The notes below the pieces were generated by a model. It saw only the letters and a program-made list of their open reading frames with translations, was not told the DNA's origin and searched no databases. Of a stretch of DNA of 12,123 nt, positions 7,501 through 12,123 are shown piece by piece. Location: positions 1 through 12,123 of IMG/VR virus record IMGVR_UViG_2802429235_000002. One strand, given 5' to 3'. The DNA comes from a virus. Its lineage: Duplodnaviria > Heunggongvirae > Uroviricota > Caudoviricetes. Every line of letters begins with the position of its first letter. Within the stretch, counting starts at the first letter, position 1. Both the position numbers and the translations under genes were made by a program.

Positions 7501-7515
7501 AAGCGCCTCCGGCAA

Positions 7516-8277
7516 TCACTTTTCCGATACAATACGGCGGGAAGAATCCGTAATCTGTCGAACAATATCCCGGTGCTTGTTCAGCTCCCGCAGCGCGGCG
7601 CAGACTCGCTCCCACTTCTGGACATGACTTTTCGCCCGACGCAATTCGCGGTTTGCCATATGCAGCGATGGTAAAACCAGGTCATCCGCTCGCGTTTCAG
7701 TAAACGATGGCAACGACTGCACAATATCAGCCACAGTTTCTGTTTTAATATCTTCCTGTGTTGCAGCTTCCTGTACTGGTAACGCAACACCTGCTGGCTG
7801 AGGAAAGGCTTTACCATCGGTTTCCGCTACCGATTCAACTTTCGGCTCTGCTGGTAAATTATCACCCGGTATGCAGTAACGAAATTTACCGTTCTGATTA
7901 ATGCGAATCAGACGACCTTTGCTGATAGCCATTGCCAGCGTTGAAGCCACTTTGCGTGATGTGGTACCGAACAATGTAGCCAACTCATCAGCCGTTTGTG
8001 GTCCGCGTTGTTCAATCGTCGCGGTTAAATCGCACTCTGAGATTTTCGCTACTGTTGCTGTGGTGGTTTCTTCCGGCAGTTCTGCCTGCGCTGGCTGTTC
8101 CTGCTGAACGTTGTTATCAGCCACACGCCAGGTGTACGCGCTTTTATCAACAAAACCAGCCTTTTTCAGTTCCCATAGTTCGTTCAGCACTTCTTCACGA
8201 CTGATATCAAGTCGCGCAGCAAGTTCTATGGATGTGGCTTTTCCCATTGCTTTCAGTGCGTCAAAAACAGTCTCCAT
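7516..8277 (-). CDS. Phage hypothetical protein with two winged-helix-like segments and an acidic linker (253 aa)
   Basis: Start chosen at ATG 8275-8277 (GGGAG upstream), avoiding the 29-nt overlap with the DnaC-like gene implied by the 270-aa track ORF. Two similar segments ([29 protein letters not shown] and [29 protein letters not shown]) look like HTH/winged-helix repeats. Confidence 0.6.
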   Translation of the reverse strand: METVFDALKAMGKATSIELAARLDISREEVLNELWELKKAGFVDKSAYTWRVADNNVQQEQPAQAELPEETTTATVAKISECDLTATIEQRGPQTADELATLFGTTSRKVASTLAMAISKGRLIRINQNGKFRYCIPGDNLPAEPKVESVAETDGKAFPQPAGVALPVQEAATQEDIKTETVADIVQSLPSFTETRADDLVLPSLHMANRELRRAKSHVQKWERVCAALRELNKHRDIVRQITDSSRRIVSEK

Positions 8278-8299
8278 TAAATTTTTCTCCCGGTAAAAA

Positions 8300-9046
8300 T
8301 TACTTCGCAATTCCTGGCTGGACGACATTCGGACGCCAGCTCTCCCAGTTAAAATTCACCCATCGCCCGCCGTTCATGGTCATGCGATCCATAATCCGCT
8401 CGCCGAGCAATGTTTTCATGGCCTCATAGTTCAGGTTTGTCAGCATCCCCACGCTGCGCATCGACGCTGTCCGGCGATCAACAATCTGGTGCAGTACCAC
8501 CTGCTCGTTTTTCGTCTCGCGCTGAATGCCAATTTCATCAAGAACCAGCAGATCCACTTCGCACAGTTCCCGCAAAAATTTTTCGCCTGACTGCCCATCG
8601 TCATAGCTGGCGTGCAGGGCACTCATAACATCAGCCACGGTAACCACAATCACTGTCTGACCGTCTTTCAGCAGGTGATTCCCGATAGCTGCCGCTAAGT
8701 GGTTCTTCCCGGTACCAGGTTTTCCGCTGAACGCAAAATTTGTACACCCGGTCATCAGTTCATCAGCGATGGATTTCGCCTGACTCAACGCGTATCGCTG
8801 CCCTTCGTTCTGCACCTGGTAATTCGAAAACGAGCATTTGCGGTGCAATGGCTGGATGCCAGAGCGATTCAGAATTTTTTCCACCCGCAACTGACGATTC
8901 TGACGGTTGATCTCCTCACAACGTTTCTGGCCTTCGGAAAGTTGCCACTCGCGCCACTCCGCTACCGTTTTGAATGGGGCGGTTACATGTGGCGGGGCCA
9001 GTCTACGGATACGTTCAAGAATGCCGCCTGCCGCAATATTTTTCAT
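8300..9046 (-). CDS. ydaV: DnaC-like replication helicase-loader AAA+ ATPase (248 aa)
   Basis: Walker [10 protein letters not shown] and Walker B LLVLDEIG; the length and context match the Rac prophage ydaV (248 aa) as I recall it. Confidence 0.85.
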   Translation of the reverse strand: MKNIAAGGILERIRRLAPPHVTAPFKTVAEWREWQLSEGQKRCEEINRQNRQLRVEKILNRSGIQPLHRKCSFSNYQVQNEGQRYALSQAKSIADELMTGCTNFAFSGKPGTGKNHLAAAIGNHLLKDGQTVIVVTVADVMSALHASYDDGQSGEKFLRELCEVDLLVLDEIGIQRETKNEQVVLHQIVDRRTASMRSVGMLTNLNYEAMKTLLGERIMDRMTMNGGRWVNFNWESWRPNVVQPGIAK

Positions 9047-9052
9047 GGTCAG

Positions 9053-9910
9053 TTACCCCCTGAAGCCTGGCGGGATCGCACTATCCGGTAACGAGACGGT
9101 GTTAACCTGTCGGAGTAACGTCTCAGGTCGAACACCTTTTGGCGCGAACAAGCCCTGGTATTCATTGGCGATGCTGTGTCGAATCACCTGCTCAGGTGAA
9201 AAACCCTGCTGGCGGAATTTTTCCAGCTCCCGTATCGCCCCGTTAGCGCCCTGCTCCGTTCGAATCGGTTTACGCAATGCCTGGCGAAATTCAACCCACT
9301 CACGCCAAAGCGAGACAGAAATCCAGTTCGGCAAAGCAATATCCAGAGGGTCAAACTTTTTGACACCTCGATTCCCCCGGGGGGGATTTAGGGGGGGATC
9401 TTTTTTTAGATCTTTATCTGTATCTTTATTAGTTGCCTTTGTGTTGACATCATGTTCAAACACCACTTCAACATCTGTTTGAACACCTGTTAAATTTCTC
9501 TCTTGTTTTGTTTGAACATCTGCTTCCTTTCTGCTTCTTCTGGCCTGAACAGATGCTTTTCCTGCGGCTGATTTTTTGGTTAATTTTTCCCTGACTGATG
9601 CCAGATCTTCCTCAATCCGAAGATGCACTCATTCCTCGCCGTTATCGCAAAAAAACTCCTGCAAGGATGGTTCAACATCAGCCCATCGCTCGTTAGTCAG
9701 ACGGGCAATTTTTGCCAGCCTGTTTTTAGGTATTGGCTTTCCTGTTTGCCAGTAATTGAACATCAGCAACAAATACGCACCATGCTCCTCTGCTGACAAA
9801 TGCATGGTGTCAGCCAGGTAATCAGCTATGTACAGTTGCATGTATGGTAATGCGGCCATAATTGCCCCGTATGATGCTGCCCGGTTGCTTAGAATAAGCA
9901 CAAACAGCAT
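9053..9910 (-). pseudogene. ydaU: YdaU-like replication-region gene interrupted by a single in-frame TGA
   Basis: Track ORFs 9629..9910 (93 aa) and 9053..9628 (191 aa, GTG at 9626-9628) are in the same frame, separated only by TGA at 9629-9631. The combined length of 285 codons equals my recollection of intact E. coli YdaU. Confidence 0.5.
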
Positions 9911-9922
9911 GGAAACTTTTGC

Positions 9923-10345
9923 TTAATGAACAATGACAGAATCGTCGGAAGACCCGCCGCCGCTGAAATGCGCTTTCCGGTAAACGGCCTGGACTGCATC
10001 ATCATGCGCATCAATTGCCGTACTTAACGCTTCCTGCGCCGCCAGTAATGCACGGCGTTCCAGGGTATCGAAGATGCAGAGTCGGTGACGCAGCTCGCGC
10101 GGAAGGATTGCCAGAACCGCAGGGATCAGTTTCTGAATTTTTTCCCTTTGCGCTTTCGTTTCACCTTTCAACCAACGGTGATAGATATTCTGCTGATTGT
10201 TCCAGTCCTTGCCTGGTACCAGGGGCAATTCGCCGCCCCCCTGGCGCAGATATTCTTCAGTAATGGCATTGGCTACCCATGCCTGCCCTTTTTCAGCAGC
10301 CAGGGCTAACAACACTGATTCGATGTGCTCATGCTTGATTTTCAT
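9923..10345 (-). CDS. ydaT: YdaT-like prophage protein (140 aa)
   Basis: Length and position (between the Cro-like and ydaU-like genes) match Rac ydaT. Its start overlaps the upstream stop as ATGA (10342-10345). Confidence 0.65.
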   Translation of the reverse strand: MKIKHEHIESVLLALAAEKGQAWVANAITEEYLRQGGGELPLVPGKDWNNQQNIYHRWLKGETKAQREKIQKLIPAVLAILPRELRHRLCIFDTLERRALLAAQEALSTAIDAHDDAVQAVYRKAHFSGGGSSDDSVIVH

Positions 10346-10596
10346 GAATCAACTCCCATCAGCTTTTTCGTAGTAGTTTTATTTTTGCCAATAGTTAAAA
10401 TTGCATCGGCAGAAAATAATCCGTTTGATGCATGAGCGATTTTTTCAGCGTAATTTGTTTCGCCGGTATATTCTGTGCGAGGCAATTTTCCGTTATCCAT
10501 CCATTTGTAGATTGCTCTTTGGCTGACACCACAAACGTCGGCCACAACAGAAACGCGAACAGTTTTGATTACATCTTCAAGTGTTTTCTGGTTCAT
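10342..10596 (-). CDS. ydaS: Cro-like HTH regulator, YdaS-like (84 aa from the start chosen here)
   Basis: Start chosen at ATG 10594-10596 with GAGGGTG about 5 nt upstream. HTH-like segment VADVCGVSQRAIYKW. Divergent from the repressor gene. Confidence 0.6.
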   Translation of the reverse strand: MNQKTLEDVIKTVRVSVVADVCGVSQRAIYKWMDNGKLPRTEYTGETNYAEKIAHASNGLFSADAILTIGKNKTTTKKLMGVDS

Positions 10597-10675
10597 ATCA
10601 CCCTCACAATGTGAACTTTGAGTACATGCTATAACAGAACTGACAGTACATTCAAGAGCGAATATCATTGAACTT
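10597..10675. promoter_or_regulatory. Divergent promoter/operator region between the Cro-like and repressor genes (OR-like)
   Basis: 79-bp intergenic region containing the palindrome TCACA-A-TGTGA (10603-10613) and two direct AGTACAT copies (10620-10626 and 10647-10653). Confidence 0.45.
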
Positions 10676-11095
10676 ATGGTTCATGAAGATAAAGCGCGTA
10701 AAGAGTTCGCCAGTAGGCTTGCGCTAGCCTGTGAAAACGCTGGTTATGAACAACATGGAAGGCAGGCAGAAATTGCCCGTCGAATGAAATTAACACCAAA
10801 AGCGGTTAGCAAATGGTTTAATGGCGAAACAATTCCTCGCCGAGAGAAATTAAGGGAATTAGCAACACTCATTGGAACAACACCAACCTATCTTTTGGGA
10901 GAGGATACAGAAGAAAGTGGACAGGTACGTTTCTATCAGGAGTTAAATCCAAGACAAAAAATCATCATTGACCTTCTGGACGAGCTCCCTGACAGTGAGA
11001 CAGATGAACTTTTAAAAACTCTTGAGGAGAAAAAACAGAAGTACAATGCAATTTACGAAGAGTTAGCACGAAAGAAAAAACAAAAAGCCTCTTAA
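10676..11095 (+). CDS. XRE-family HTH prophage repressor (139 aa), RacR-like by position
   Basis: N-terminal HTH-like segment GRQAEIARRMKLTPKAVSKWFNGETIP and a charged C-terminal tail; divergent from the Cro-like gene as in lambdoid immunity regions. Start codon uncertain (weak ribosome-binding site). Confidence 0.65.
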   Translation: MVHEDKARKEFASRLALACENAGYEQHGRQAEIARRMKLTPKAVSKWFNGETIPRREKLRELATLIGTTPTYLLGEDTEESGQVRFYQELNPRQKIIIDLLDELPDSETDELLKTLEEKKQKYNAIYEELARKKKQKAS

Positions 11096-11164
11096 ACCAG
11101 CATAAATCCGGTAGCGTCCCCCTCCGGGTTTGTGCTTCACTTTATCCCATCTCATTTTTTTACA

Positions 11165-11215
11165 CACAGAATGTACTTAAAGTACTTTACAACAATGAAC
11201 ACAAAGTACATTATA
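11165..11215. promoter_or_regulatory. Operator-like palindrome cluster downstream of the repressor gene (OL/PL-like)
   Basis: Perfect 13-bp palindrome GTACTTAAAGTAC (11173-11185) and another AGTACAT copy (about 11205-11211), sharing the AGTACA half-site seen in the 10597-10675 region. Confidence 0.4.
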
Positions 11216-11382
11216 TACCTACCAACCCACCCCGCCCCACAGAACGCAGGGCAATACTTCGAGTTACCAGGCAGTGGTCAGGGGTTAAGTAGCCAGCCCG
11301 AGGCGTATGAACATGACGGCGGGATTCAAATTTTGCAGTGCAGCAGTTAGTTCCGCCACCCGGCGTTAAGGGGAGAGATAAG

Positions 11383-11517
11383 ATGGTGCATTACGAAGTA
11401 GTTCAGTTTTTGATGGATTGTTGCGATATCACTTACAGCCAGGCTGTACAGGCTCTACGCAGCAACGACTGGGATCTCTGGCAGGCAGAAGCCTCTATCC
11501 GCAACAACAAAATGTGA
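11383..11517 (+). CDS. ydaG: YdaG-like small protein (44 aa): MVHYEVVQFLMDCCDITYSQAVQALRSNDWDLWQAEASIRNNKM
   Basis: ATG at 11383 with GGGGAGAG upstream; the 44-aa length matches Rac ydaG as I recall it. Under 60 aa, so absent from the ORF track. Confidence 0.55.
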   Translation: MVHYEVVQFLMDCCDITYSQAVQALRSNDWDLWQAEASIRNNKM

Positions 11518-11527
11518 GGTGCGAAAA

Positions 11528-11680
11528 ATGCAAAAAATCGACCTCGGCAATAACGAATCCCTGGTGTGCGGCGTGTTCCCCAACCAGGATGGAACGTTCA
11601 CCGCCATGACTTATACCAAAAGCAAAACATTTAAAACAGAAACAGGCGCACGTCGCTGGCTTGCCAGAAATACTTGCTAA
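11528..11680 (+). CDS. ydaF: YdaF-like small protein (50 aa): MQKIDLGNNESLVCGVFPNQDGTFTAMTYTKSKTFKTETGARRWLARNTC
   Basis: ATG at 11528 preceded by GAGGTG, which overlaps the ydaG-like stop. Length and order match Rac ydaF by recollection. Confidence 0.55.
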   Translation: MQKIDLGNNESLVCGVFPNQDGTFTAMTYTKSKTFKTETGARRWLARNTC

Positions 11681-12067
11681 TCCATTATTTGGATTAATTC
11701 AATATTCTCGCTGTAGGGGTATAGCAGAAACCACCAAAGCCCGGAGGTGGTGAAGTAAAACCGGGCACAACACGAAGGCGCATTTCCGATATCCATAAAG
11801 AGTCGGTCTTGTCTGTTAAATTTAAATGGTGGGAGTGCGCCTCCGGTTGTGAATAACAACACTGCTGTGTGTAGTCTTGGCGGCATCAGTTTTTTCTTGA
11901 AGTTCGACTGATGTCCGCCCTTTTTAAAGTGAATTTTGTGATGCGGTGAATGCGGCTAAGCGCACGCGGCACAGTTAAAAGTCATGTTAGTCCTTATTGG
12001 TTTGGGTGGGAAAGCCGACTGTAATTGTTAACTGGTTGCAGTCACCTGGAGGCACCAGGCACCGCAT

Positions 12068-12123
12068 CTGGATTTGCCCCTATATTTCCAGACACCTGTT
12101 ATCACTTAACCCATTACTGGCCT
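12068..12123 (-). mobile_element. Insertion-sequence terminus (IS2-like), inverted copy, element body lying outside the window to the right
   Basis: Exact reverse complement of bases 1-56; identity stops precisely at 56 bp. Confidence 0.5.

Noticed and set aside
7516-8328. 270-aa ORF start at 8328 and 114-aa ORF start at 7515
   Set aside because: The upstream starts overlap neighbouring genes and lack ribosome-binding sites; internal ATGs at 8277 and 7500 have clear Shine-Dalgarno sequences.
9350-9420. Possible CRISPR or tandem repeats around the homopolymer tracts
   Set aside because: No regularly spaced direct repeats with spacers here or anywhere in the window; the tracts are simple homopolymers within a coding frame.
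11132-11350. 72-aa GTG-initiated ORF downstream of the repressor gene
   Set aside because: It spans the operator-like palindrome cluster, has no ribosome-binding site and a low-complexity translation; treated as regulatory DNA. A real small gene starting at the internal ATG cannot be excluded.
11677-11886. Minus-strand 69-aa ORF, possibly a SieB-like remnant convergent on the ydaF-like gene
   Set aside because: No recognisable motif or ribosome-binding site, and it overlaps the ydaF-like stop; position alone suggests a decayed sieB-like gene, which I cannot support from sequence.

Overview
This window reads as a fragment of a defective Rac-like lambdoid prophage (Escherichia/Shigella type), bracketed at both edges by the same insertion-sequence terminus in inverted orientation (56 bp perfect inverted repeat, IS2-like from memory). 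All calls are by eye from the sequence and ORF track; no searches were run. Minus-strand gene order from right to left: an immunity region (XRE-type repressor divergent from a Cro-like ydaS homologue, with ydaG/ydaF-like small genes beyond the repressor), then replication-region genes (ydaT-like, a ydaU-like frame broken by one in-frame TGA, and a DnaC-like ydaV homologue), two hypothetical phage genes, a strikingly AT-rich cargo segment, a nin-like region (199-aa protein, YbcO-like, Q-like), two terminators flanking a tRNA-Thr(UGU)/tRNA-Gly(UCC) pair, and a phage-21-type holin with no recognisable endolysin. The cargo segment is the main candidate for an undescribed system: a 752-aa NACHT/STAND-type P-loop NTPase with an unassigned ~205-aa N-terminal domain, plausibly an NLR-like antiphage defence gene, sitting beside a hok-family type I toxin and two unannotated small hydrophobic peptide ORFs. 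No integrase, structural genes, rRNA or CRISPR array are visible.
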